From Lingula anatina (lineage: Eukaryota > Animalia > Brachiopoda), in NCBI GenBank assembly GCA_051362555.1, contig JBPQGU010000016.1, forward strand, positions 1,674,001-1,738,000: a DNA stretch of 64,000 nt, given 5' to 3'. The notes below the pieces were generated by a model that had not been told where the DNA came from, did no database searches, and worked only from the letters and a program-made list of their open reading frames with translations. A program made the position numbers and the translations under genes. Of the stretch, positions 24,938 to 36,760 are shown piece after piece. Position 1 is the stretch's first letter, and the number at the start of each line of letters is the position of its first letter.

Positions 24938-27900
24938 ATGGCATCTTCGAATCATAAGACAAAAACCTGGGAGCAAATTGAGTCTGTGATTAACAAGCAT
25001 ACAGAGCAAATAGTCCAAGACTTGTCTTTGAATACCACCATTGCAGCGGCCTTCATATCTGCAGGTGTTTTCGAAGCTGCTGACTTGGAGAAAGTTCTGG
25101 TTTGTATCACCAGCTGATGACGACATATAAATAATGAACGGTTTATATACAGTACAGTCTCGTCTGTGTAAAGCACAGTGGCAGTTTTTGATTCAAAATT
25201 AATCGGGAATGTATAATTTCATATAGTAGCATTATACGCACAGCATTATTACATGTATGTCAATGTAAAAAGAGTATTGCCATGCCTATTTAATAAGTAT
25301 TATATATTGTGATTATAGGAGACCAAGGTAGGGCGAGACGGGGCCTTCTGGCTGTGCAGAAACATTCCTAGAGACTTGGACAAGGTGACAAAATTTGCAA
25401 ATATTCTTGGAAACCATGGACTAGGCCATCTAGAGAAGGCACTGTTAAAAGGGTTGGAAGACATAGCAGTTCCTGTCACAGAAACAACTCCCATGCCAGG
25501 CAAGTTGATATGTTAAAAGGCAAACAATGCGTGTGCTAAATCCTACTGTATAGACTGAAAATCTGCTTTCATGCTAATTGTTATGTACAGACACAGATGT
25601 GTCTGTACATATTGCCATCACCTTCGTCTGTCGTCGCCGTCGTCGCTGTCGTCGCTGTCGCCGTCGCCGTGCACTTTCAGCGTTAACACGATAAGTGGAA
25701 GACAGTTTTATTTTTTGGCTTTATATTTAAAGAGCTGATGAATATTCATAAAATGGAGGTCAAGTTCGAAAACCAGCATGATCGGGCCATTATTGTAGAA
25801 GTTATGCTGTTTTTTCACTTTTCAGCATATATGCAACACTGTTAACACATTTCAAGGAAAACTGATAGGCCTGTTGTCATGAAACTCACTGAAGTAATCA
25901 GTCTTACTGAAACCCAGGTCAAGTTTGAAAATCGGCATGATCGGGCCACTATTTTAGTAGTTATACTGTTTTTTTTTCACTTTTTAGCATATATGCAACA
26001 CTGTAAACACAATATAAGAAAAACAGATAAGCCAATTGTCATGAAACTCACAGGAGGGGTAAATCTTCCTAAAACCCAGGTTGAGTTCGAAAATCAGCAT
26101 AATCGGGCCATTGTTTAAGAAATTATGCTGTTTTTTCACATTTCCTCAGATTCAATTCTTAGGCATGTTAACAGTCTCATTATTTAACTAATAAGCTACG
26201 TAAAAGTATTTGTTTGACATTTCCTGCATCTTTACAACATTGTTAGTTGATTATATAAAAATTATGGTAAACTTGTTATCGTGTATGTGTTATAGAGTTT
26301 CAAAAATGGAAATACACTCATATCATTGCAGATTGTCAGGTTCAATCATTCACTATGTTCAGAATCTCAGAATGGAGGAAATTGGATATTTAACAATGTT
26401 CTATTGATATTTTTCCCATCTCATCAATTTTCTTAGTTGATCATATAAAAATGGCACTAAACTGTTCATGTTGTTTTATGTTAAAAATTGTTAAAAATGG
26501 AAAAAAACCCATTTCAGAACAGTGCTGTCTTGTTTACATATTGGCATTTTCAAGGTGTGACTTTGAAGTTTCATGGGCCTGAAGACCTTTGGTAGTCACA
26601 TTTTCTGAATATCCATGATACTAATATTTTGTTAATAAAATTGATGGTCATTATGCTCTTAAACATATGTAATATTGCATCAAATTTGAAGAAACCCCTA
26701 TTTTGGGCACTGCTCCCATGATGACCATGCGCATTTAAGGAAAACCATTTAAAGAAAATACAGGTTCTAAACTAGTAGCACTCAACCGACGGGCTCAAAC
26801 TAAAAGTTGCACTCTGTCGGTATATAAGGAGACATCCTGATTGTAATAACCTGACAAATGATGGCCCAGAAACTTCGTGGACCTCATGAACACGAAATGT
26901 AGATCGTTTGTACTTTAATATATACTATGTGCATCGATCAAGGTACATGTTGTATCATTATTCATATAGTTTGATTCACTGTACTATATTACTGTAGAAG
27001 TTTTTAGATCGTTATAATTACATTTCCTACCAGAGCAAAATCATGAAAATGAACGTGAATTTTTTAAATAAGTAGATTTTTGAAATAAGTTACAAGTAAT
27101 AAGTTTTGTAATATCATTATATATGAATTCTATAATGTAGACAATGACACCAAGATTTACCTTTTCCCTTTCCATCCACTCAGGTTTATTAACTACATTC
27201 TGTGACAGATCATTCAATATGTTCAATGTTTAATGTTCAGTGTTCAGCTAGTCAAAATTCCACTATCAAGGGGGGGGGATCATTGGTATAATTAATTTCA
27301 GAAATCGAAGGGGGGGGGGTGAGGACCCCCCTGACACCCCCCTAATTCCAAAAAATGCGTTCGGTTGTAAAATACGGCTCTACACCCTCAATCGCTTTTC
27401 GGGGTTTCTATGATTATGGTATAGACAATGTTTTTTTCTAATTAAGAAGATTATATTTTTAAGTGAATCATTTTAGTTGCTTTGTATACATCTGGTTAAT
27501 ATTAATCAGCCAAGTGTTTGCCTTACAGAGTCACAAAGGCCACAACTTGATGAGAAGAGAGTTGAGAGCATGATTACTCTTGCTTTGGAAAAACAGAATG
27601 AAAAATTCAACTCCCAAATTAGCCAAGTGATGACTGAATTTAATAGTTTAAAAGAAGACAAAATGCACCTCCAGAACACCCTCACCCAGGTGACAGCTGA
27701 CTTGGTACACTTGAAGCAGGAAAATGACATACTGAAGAAGGAGATGGAAGCCGGGACCAGAGTAATCAAGGAACTTAAAGAAGAAAACAGTCAATTAATG
27801 AATAATCTTCAAGAAGAAACAGAGAAGAGAAAACAAGTAGAAGAAGACCTGAACAAAGCGAATATGAAGACCAAAGATAAAAATCCCCAGTGTTCTTGCT

Positions 27901-28118
27901 CAAAGAAAAACACGCTGCAAGGCAAGTTGCCAGCGGGGAATGAGTTACAGTCGGTGACCAGCCTGGCCTCGAATCAAGACATTCTGAAAGCACAGGTCAG
28001 AAGTCTGGAAAGGGAAGCAATGAAATGGAAAAATAGATATGAGCAGCAACGTAAGAAAAATAGTTGTTGTTGTTGTTTTTTAAAGAAGACATACGACGAA
28101 GACAAAAAGAAACATTAA
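24938..28118 (+). CDS. CARD-like death-fold plus coiled-coil protein (paralog B, ~310 aa)
   Basis: Exons 24938-25099 (phase 0), 25319-25499 (phase 1, GC donor CAG|GCAAGT) and 27529-28118. Exon phases are the same as paralog A, with shared motifs NIPR/NLPR, KFANIL/TFVNII and LLKGL/LKKGL. Exon 3 encodes an E/K/Q/L-rich coiled coil. Confidence 0.8.
25581..26750 (+). mobile_element. Helentron-associated/DINE-1-like element in intron 2 of paralog B
   Basis: 5' ttatgtacagacacagatgtgtctgtaca hairpin, (gtc/gcc)n microsatellite and ~160-bp tandem cores; closely similar to 1-832 in reverse. 3' boundary is approximate. Confidence 0.7.
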
Positions 28119-28364
28119 CTCTCTGTATCGACCCAACCAACAACCTGGACATATTTGTTTAGAATACATAACAACGTGCAGTGTCACTTGAATTGATCAC
28201 TGATTGTTATATGAAATTTAAAATACATATTTGTTTAATTATGATGCAATCTCCATATTTACCGGAGATGTGTTTTGGAGGTTTGGGGCATGAGCTATAA
28301 GAGAAATGTAACTTTTTTTAATTATCCACACTCTATGATCTGTGAAGCTTTTGTATCTACTTAG

Positions 28365-28367
<3 letters not shown>

Positions 28368-28444
<77 letters not shown>
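28368..28444. repeat. (TA)n microsatellite followed by poly-T
   Basis: Direct inspection. Confidence 0.95.
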
Positions 28445-28462
<18 letters not shown>

Positions 28463-29237
28463 TTCATTTTTTAAAACCAACCTTTAGTTATATTCATCAC
28501 AAAAGAATTCTAGATCTCAGCCGCTCTCGAGTCTAACTATAGTACCTGTGCTGACCATCCCCACAGAGACTAGTAATTTTTAAACACGATTAATTAATAA
28601 GATGCAATTATTAAATAAGTGAAATATCTATACAACTTAAGCTGATGTCAATCCCAGATCTACTTAGTTTTCTCGTTTATTCGTCGCATATTATCACGCG
28701 TGCACCTAACATGTTTTTTTAAATATAGCTGGACATATCTGTTTAAAGTACATAACAACGTGCAGTGGCACTTTAATTGTCCTCTGATGGTGTTAAGAAA
28801 TTTATACAAGTATTCTTTAATGCTGATTCAAGCTCCCTATTTACCATATATGTGTTATGTCATATTTTTGTGAAATATATTTTATTTTGTAGTAAATTTG
28901 TTGTAAAAATAATGGGTTATTATTTAATCAATCTTAAACAGATCAAAACAGTTTTTGATGATTTAGACATTTTTAAATGTTTTAAATATATTTTTGAATT
29001 ATTTTTAAAGCATTTTTTCAACTTCATGAAGGCAAAAAATGCAGGGAAATTACACAAATTCATTTTGGAGAAAAACTTTGGAGAAAAACTTATTACTCAC
29101 ACTATGCTACGTTAATCCAATGAAATCTGATGATATACGGTATCTAAACAAAAACTCATACTGGGCATCCTGTCAGACACTTAATTTATAAAACAGGAAC
29201 GATGCTGATTTTTTTTTAAATAAAACAAACAAACAAA

Positions 29238-29269
<32 letters not shown>

Positions 29270-30345
29270 CATGAAGCAGAAAAAGGATAGCATAAAAAAC
29301 TGGTCACTGAGAACATACCCTCCAAAAGGGCCACAGATTTTTTTTATTTATGCACCTTTCTCCTGTCACCAGCTGTCTCCAATAAGAATTATTGTTTTGA
29401 ATTAATGTAATCACACTGATCTTTGGTAGAGAATAGCCACTTTAAGGGACAGTAGTACGAAGTGACTAGCTGATTTGCCTGATAAACATTCGGCCCCATC
29501 CACAATGCATATAGGTTTAGTCTATGACAGGTTTGGACCTGGGTTACTCGCAACAATCCCTCTTGATTCGTAGTGCGTTGCGTTAGATGTGCCTTGGTTG
29601 GACCGTCATTGCGTTCATTTGCCAGAATAGGGGCCCTTTTGTCTAGAACAGAATGGCTTTTTTTCTCACTTGCACTTTTCAGCAAGCGATTTCAAATATG
29701 GCATAAGGGAAAGAAAGAGATTGGTGAGAAAGATTATGAATCGAAAACAACATGAAATCGTTGTGCTTGTTTCAGTGAATGAAGTTGCAAAAATCTCCAC
29801 ACTTGCTGCAACATAAGTAAGATATTACGCTCTATCCTTGATAAATGTAAAACAAATATAGCGTATATTTTATATGTACGCAAAATAACGTATTTTCAAA
29901 TACCTTAAAAAAGACCAAATTTACCTCAATATTTGTCCATTAGAAAAAAAAATCATATCAATATCTTCGTTATCACTCACGTATATCATTGTGAGTCAAA
30001 ATTAGTGTCCAGAGATTTGGCATCTTACATGGAATGAACGTGACTTTCAGCAAGTAATTTTTCTAGGAACGCCCGTTTTCCAGTATGTGTATCAACCATA
30101 ACCTTGTGTATGCTTTGGGTAAGTTGTCACGTTTAAGAACTGTCTTTGGAATAAAATATGACACTCAGACTATGCTTTCGGTGTGGTTTTATAATAGGGG
30201 ATTGATAGCCAAGATGGCATCCACTGGTGGGTGAAAAGAGTATATACACTATTAGAATAGAAGGGCAAAGAAAAATGAAACAATTCGCATTTTCAGACCT
30301 TGGTGCGAAATCAGAGCTTGACTACGACGGAAAGCGAAGCTAGTA

Positions 30346-31172
30346 TGGGCGGCGGTTTATACAAAAATGCAAAACACGATTAGTCGTCATCGTTATCAGA
30401 TCAGTCGAAATGAAAACACGATTAGTCGTCGTCGTTATCAGATCAGAAGGCAAAATACGACTAGTAGTCGTCAAAACGCAACTAGTCATCAAAACGCAAC
30501 TAGTCATCATCACAACGCAACTAGTCATCATCAAAACGCAACTAGTCATCAAAACGCAACTTGTCATCAAAACGCGATTTGACGCCAGATGGCGCCCATT
30601 GTACGAAAATCTAGGCCAAGTCACATGATCCACAGTGATCAAAATGGCGGACGTTATTGAAGCAGCATTATCATATTCTTCGCTCGAACTCGAGAATTAT
30701 CTCGAGTTCGAGATATTATTATATATATAATATCATTATTAGATTGTACGCGTAGAGATAATTCTCGAGTTCGAGCGAGGAATATGATAATGCTGCTTCA
30801 ATAACGTCCGCCATTTTGATCACTGTGGATCATGTGACTTGGCCTAGATTTTCGTACAATGGGCGCCATCTGGCGTCAAATTGCGTTTTGATGACAAGTT
30901 GCGTTTTGATGACAAGTTGCGTTTTGATGATGACTAGTTGCCTTTTGATGATGACAAGTTGCGTTTTGATGATGACTAGTTGCGTTTTGATGACTAGTTG
31001 CGTTTTGATGATGACTAGTTGCGTTTTGATGACTAGTTGCGTTTTGACGACTACTAGTCGTATTTTGCCTTCTGATCTGATAACGACGACGACTAATCGT
31101 GTTTTCATTTCGACTGATCTGATAACGATGACGACTAATCGTGTTTTGCATTTTTGTATAAACCGCCGCCCA
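30346..31172. mobile_element. Fold-back (long palindromic) element with internal minisatellite
   Basis: Arms tgggcggcggtttatacaaaaatgc... / ...gcatttttgtataaaccgccgccca flanked by TA. Each arm has 21/24-bp repeats (aaaacgcaactagtcatc[atc]). Short AT-rich centre at ~30710-30755. Confidence 0.85.
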
Positions 31173-31248
31173 TAAGTTAGTCTGATGATCGAGGCAGAGA
31201 TACCTGCCAACGTCCTGGTTACCGACATCATGCGGGATAAGATAACTA

Positions 31249-32914
31249 CAGCATTGGTCAAAAAGGTTGTCCCACCCCCATTTCCATGTACTTTTATTTA
31301 CAAATGATCACCTCAGAGCTGTAAATTGTTAGAAATAGTGCTTTTTTATTACAGATACCGTGTCTAACATGATTAATGGTTTAAAAAATACAAAATAGAG
31401 GTAAAAATATACATATTTTATACCATTTAGTCAAATTTATAAGAGGTACCCCCTCAAATCCACTGTTTCACTGTGACTTCTACAGATGTAAAGAAATGTC
31501 TATAAAATTGAAAAGACGCCATCAAATGTCCCCAAATTCACAGACAATTGGCATTAGGGTGTGCTCGTTAAAGGTCACGTGCCTAACAGCGTGTGCGTCT
31601 ACCGCGTACTGCAATTATCCCCTGTAGACGGCGCGACAAGCCTTCAACACGGGTAACAATTCTGTTTTGTGGAATATTGTCCCATTCTTTTTAAACAAGT
31701 TGGGGGAGTTGGTCCACGTTTTTATGGGGTTGGTTCTCCTTTGCATTGCACACTCCAATTCATGTCACAGTTGATTAGTAAGTTTAATATCAGGGCTCAA
31801 AGATGGTGGTTCCATCCTTAGAGCATTGTGTTTCTTCAACAAACACTTGCCAGGCGAGAGGTGTGAGCAAGTGTGCAGTCATGATAAGTCATGGAATTAA
31901 CCCCAAAGTCAGTTCTTGAAGATGGAATGAGATATCAGCTGAGAATGCTACGTACAGTGATCCCACAGGCACCTGAACCTGGCCATCCATCACTGGAAGG
32001 AAGTCTATTTTGATGCAGAATCAAATTGTTTCTTGTATCCCATCGATGGTCAAAGAGGGTCCATAGACATGTTAAAAAATGCCTCTTGGAAAGGTGTGTG
32101 TAGGATAATATCGCCTGAGGTGTTAGATCAGTCCGCATTTGGAGAACATTCCAAGCCCATGGTATTAGTACAGTGTTCCTTTTGGAACAAAACGTAACAG
32201 GGGCACTTTAATGTAACATTCTCAACAGAAATCTCACTCCATTTGCAAGAGGTGACCTCAGGGATGCTACTGGCTTCATTGTGACAACGCACTTGCTCAC
32301 AGCTCTCGTCTGGCAAACGATTTGTTGCAGAAACACAGGGGTCTGAGGATGGGCCAACAGTCTTTGGGTCCTGATATTAATCCTACTGAACACCTGTGGC
32401 ATGAATTGGAATGTGCACTGCAGAGGAGAACCAATTCCCAAATAATCTTGACCAATTCCGCCACGCTCTTTAGGATGAATGGGACAATATCCCACAAAAC
32501 AGAATTGTTACCCGTGTTGAAGGCTTGTCGTGCCGTCTACAGGAGATAATTGCAGTACGCGGTAGACGCACACGCTGTTAGGCACGTGATCTTTAACGAG
32601 CACACCCTAATGCTAATTGTCTGTGAATTTGGGGACATTTGATGGCGTCTTTTCAATTTTATAGACATTTCTTTACATCTGCAGAAGTCACAGTGAAACA
32701 GTGGATTTGAGGGGGTACCTCTTATAAATTTGACTAAATGGTATAAAATATGTATATTTTCACGACTATTTTGTATTTTTTAAACCATTAATCATGTTAG
32801 ACACGGTATCTGTAATAAAAAGCACTATTTCTAACAATTTACAGCTGTGAGGTGATCATTTGTAAATAAAAGTACATGGAAATGGGGGTGGGATAACCTT
32901 TTTGACCAATGCTG
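31249..32914. mobile_element. Tc1-derived element with ~420-bp near-identical inverted arms and transposase remnants
   Basis: TA|cagcattggtcaaaaaggtt ... aacctttttgaccaatgctg|TA. Remnant QSLGPDINPTEHLWHELE (cf. Tc1 SPDLNPIEHLW) at ~32355-32410. Confidence 0.88.
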
Positions 32915-33487
32915 TATGTCATTATGATAGTGTCTTTTGTCTTCGTAAGCCTCCTGGTCGGTGCGTACCCAGTTTCAAGCCCTCTCGCTCCACTAGTAAT
33001 TTTACGCACAATCAAACGTGTAATTGGGTCTTCTTCCCCTTCAGAATATGAGAAACAAAAATCCCTTACTTGCAATAAGTCGTATTTATTTCAAAGTTGA
33101 AAGAGATTCCTGAATACATAATAAATATTAGCACTGGCCACTTGGTTTATGAAAGAAGTTAAATTGCAGAATGGGCAAGGTATTGAAACAAAAATATAAA
33201 AATATACCTTCTTGGTACAGAATAAAATACATTACGAGTGAAATTGCTTACTGTAGCATACTTTGTGTTTTGATCATGTCGATATTTTATTAATCGTTTA
33301 TATTATTAGTTTACAACAAAAGTGTCCACTCGTGTATCACTCATATTTCCATGCTATATAATGGCATTCATATCTAATGAAGAAAACACTACCATAAAAA
33401 CCGACTTTGCAAAATCTTTGTGTTATGATCTCATTGTGGCGTAGGAGGATATAAAACAATGCAACTGACTTCGAGGCTCACTGCCGA

Positions 33488-36400
33488 TTATTTCCTGGTT
33501 ACCTGCTCTCGAAGGTGACAGGCTGAAACGGAATTCGAACTGTCATTTTAAGATGAACGCATGTTTGATTGCTGTATAAACGAAATGCGCATAGGTTTAA
33601 CATCATGTAACGCACAAAACCTATTGTAATGTCGGAGAGGCAATGGGCCCTCAGTTAAATATTTGTAAACAATATATGTGTCACATGTAATTACTTCCTA
33701 CCAAAAGACTTATATAACTTTCAGTTCAAATACAATCTTATAGACTTGAGTCCGTAACATTTCAAGAAAAACATCGCACGTCATAACAATAGAAAAAGAA
33801 AGAAAGAAAGAAAAAAGTAAGAAAGTAAGTAAATAGCAAAGAACGACAACCGCAAGGTCTGGGTTTAATGCTACTGGTAGCTGTTGCAGCAACGCAAGTC
33901 AAGTGGAAATAGTAAAAGATAATGAAAAATTAAAAAAAAAAACAATGAATAGATTGCTTAATGTATTTTAAAGCATTTCATATTCAAAGGACTAAAACCG
34001 ATGCCCAAGACTCAAATTAGTTGAAGCAATTTTTGAGAGCTTTTGAATATTACCCATGGTCATGGTCACTCCTAGTGGGCTCCACTGCTCATAACGTAAC
34101 ACTACGGCGGGAAAATTAATATGTATGTCTAAAGTCAAAGTCAAAAAATAGTCAAAAATATTTACCTAACTCGTGTGCAGTGAAACGGAACCCTTCAAAC
34201 GTTTTACACAGTCGCTGGGCAATGGTCTTCATTCCGGAGTATACGTACATCGGATCCAGTCCAACACGGCGGCTCCAAAGCTGAACTAAGTCTCTCTGAC
34301 ATCGCCCTTGCCTGTCCTCACCATAGCAAATGAGTACAAGCAAATAGTTTGTGTAGTCCGTGTCGATGATCTTGAAATGGTTGTTGCCTGCGGGGGAACG
34401 AGAAACAGCTAGGTATGAAGTCCCAAATACGGCTTAGAGAAATCTCGAAAATATATCGATCCACTAAAAAGAGTTTCACCATTTTAGAGGTTATTTAGTG
34501 TAGTCTTCCTTTTTACTTGTCATTTCAAATTTATGTAAAGCCTTAAGAAAATGGTATTCTAATCTGTTGGTTCTGACAAGCTTTTCCTATGTTGTGATCG
34601 TAGGCAACCTCGGAATGCTTATTGCATTTATTTTGGGATGGCTTGCTTGCGGATGGCCCCAATACACTGTACTAATATCGCAAAGTTACCTGTCACAGTT
34701 AAGTAGTCTTAGGACTCATTCCTAATTAAACTCATTCTACGTTAGTCATCTAGATACAAAGGCAGATCAATAAGTAGATACAACTCCGATGGAACTCTCG
34801 GTAATACAATCCGATTATCAGATAAAGCCGTCTGCCCCTGACGTTAAGTAGAATACAACAAAAGCTGGTGTTTATACGAGTACGTTGGAAATAACAGAAG
34901 GTGTGTAAATCTGTTTATCTGATTGCATTCAGCTTGAGTCCATTCTGAGTTCGATCTACATAGAATAATAATTTTATTGAAATTTGCCCTTAGTCAATCA
35001 CGCTAACTACGTGTAATTAACTCATCTTAAAACACGGCTTTTGTAGAGATGTTTGAAGATGTTTTTTTATGAATAAAAAATAACTCACTCTCTGATGGCC
35101 CAATGGAGAATTCCCCTGGATTCCCTGTAGGAACTAGGCTTGAAAACTCACTGATGGCTTTGCACTCTTGTCCGTCTTTCCTATGATAAATGTAAGACGT
35201 ACATGTATTACAGCAGGGAGATTCTATGCCTTACATTCAATACGATGCTTTTCTTTTTTAATTGCTCCGACCATCACCATTCTTCATCTCACGACAGTGA
35301 CAGAAAACAAGACAAGCTGTTGTCCTTATTACTGTATACTAACAGTGGAGACACCTCACCCCGCTATGCAAAAAATATGCTGTAAAACAGTATATAGTAC
35401 ATTTGTTTTGCCTAAATGATAAGGCTGTATTAAGTGTTGTCTTGTGATATTTTACTGAATTACTGTACGTACGGCAATGCTTTGACAGGAAAGGACAACG
35501 TCCCATTTTTGCCGGCGGTAACGTAGGCGGTGTATTCCGATAAAACACGGGAATCCGGCAACATCGGATTCCGTCGCCACAGGAATTCATACCAGATACC
35601 TGTAAGCTAGAAATAAAATACAAACGCTGAAAGGCCCGTCCCTTCGCCTACTCCTATTATTTGTAAACAAATGAAAAAAAATAGAAAAAATGACAATAGC
35701 TCTCTTGTCACAAACTTGAAAGAAAATATCTTACTCACGAGAGGAAAAGATACATGATCGATGGCACATGGCAACATCTCACGTGAGTAAATATAGTTTG
35801 AGATTTTTATCTAACCTCAAAAATAAATGAATAAATAAATATAATTAAAAAGTGGAGCACAATATACCAGACATATGTTTGACAAATATCAACGGGTGAT
35901 TTACGGTCATTACTCAATCTTTTCATTGGGCAAAATTGTGAAGGTACTGTATTTTTTTTAATTGAAACATTGTTTTGGAGTGGTAGCAACAAAATAAGAA
36001 AAACAGGCTACTCCATAGTTTTACTTTATACGGTAAAAGCAGCACAAATGCTAAATAGCAATTTTATTTTTGTAATTATAAAAATTGAATCATTTTTGCC
36101 CATTGAAAAGGTCAAGTAATTACCGTATGGCTGCATATTTGAAATCCATTGGTGCATGTGTAAGATATTAATAGCATGTGTACACTTTTGACCTTTGTAC
36201 ATACAATGAATGCCTTATAAACATTATAGATGATGCTTATCTTAGATTTAGATCTTGAAACTGATGGCGGGATAAACACTAAAAAAATCTTACTCCTTTT
36301 CGGTTAAAGTCTCTTGTGCTGGCCGGGTAACGATTTAACAATTTAAGCCGCTACAAAGTGGACGTATGCACCGACAGCTTGTATCTACTTAAACATAAAA

Positions 36401-36760
36401 CAATAACTGGCAAATGATACAGACTTAAAAATTATTCCTTGTAGTTGCGACACAAAGAAATTTCAGCTATAAAGCTGACCCATGAACAGACGCACACTGT
36501 GCAGTTTCACCCTAAACAGTCACAGATGATGCCGTTGTATAACTATATACGCCCCTGAATATAAACAGAGAGGCACTTACCCTAGTTACATCCAACTTCT
36601 GGAATAAGGGCGTTCTAGGTCTCAAATACCACCGTCCTGTGGGCCTATAATGTTCATTAATCAAGGGAGTTGTATCTGGAATACATATTCTAGGATATCC
36701 CAATCCCCCTACGACAGCAACTCTCAGCGCAAAGAAAATGGCGCGTACCATGACAGCCAT
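33488..36760 (-). CDS. Secreted lipocalin, RBP4/purpurin-like (copy 1, 220 aa)
   Basis: Exons 36760-36581, 35606-35473, 35180-35089, 34387-34166 and 33522-33488, all GT-AG and in phase. Signal peptide; SCR1 LDVTR|LTGIWYE; SCR2 IIDTDYTNY; SCR3 QLWSR; six Cys. Confidence 0.9.

Noticed and set aside
28146-28850. ~130-bp diverged direct repeat downstream of paralog B (28146 and 28729)
   Set aside because: Non-coding local duplication with no evident structure or function.
30340-31261. Several 70-143-aa repetitive ORFs (MTSCVL.., KTQLVI..) and a superficially CRISPR-like repeat array
   Set aside because: These are translations of a 21/24-bp minisatellite inside a fold-back element. There are no unique spacers or cas genes, and the context is eukaryotic.
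32909-33100. ORF with a hydrophobic, TM-like start (MLYVIMIVSFVFVSLLVGAYP)
   Set aside because: It begins within the transposon end. Rejoining the flanks across the two insertions gives an in-frame stop, and no supporting splice structure was found.
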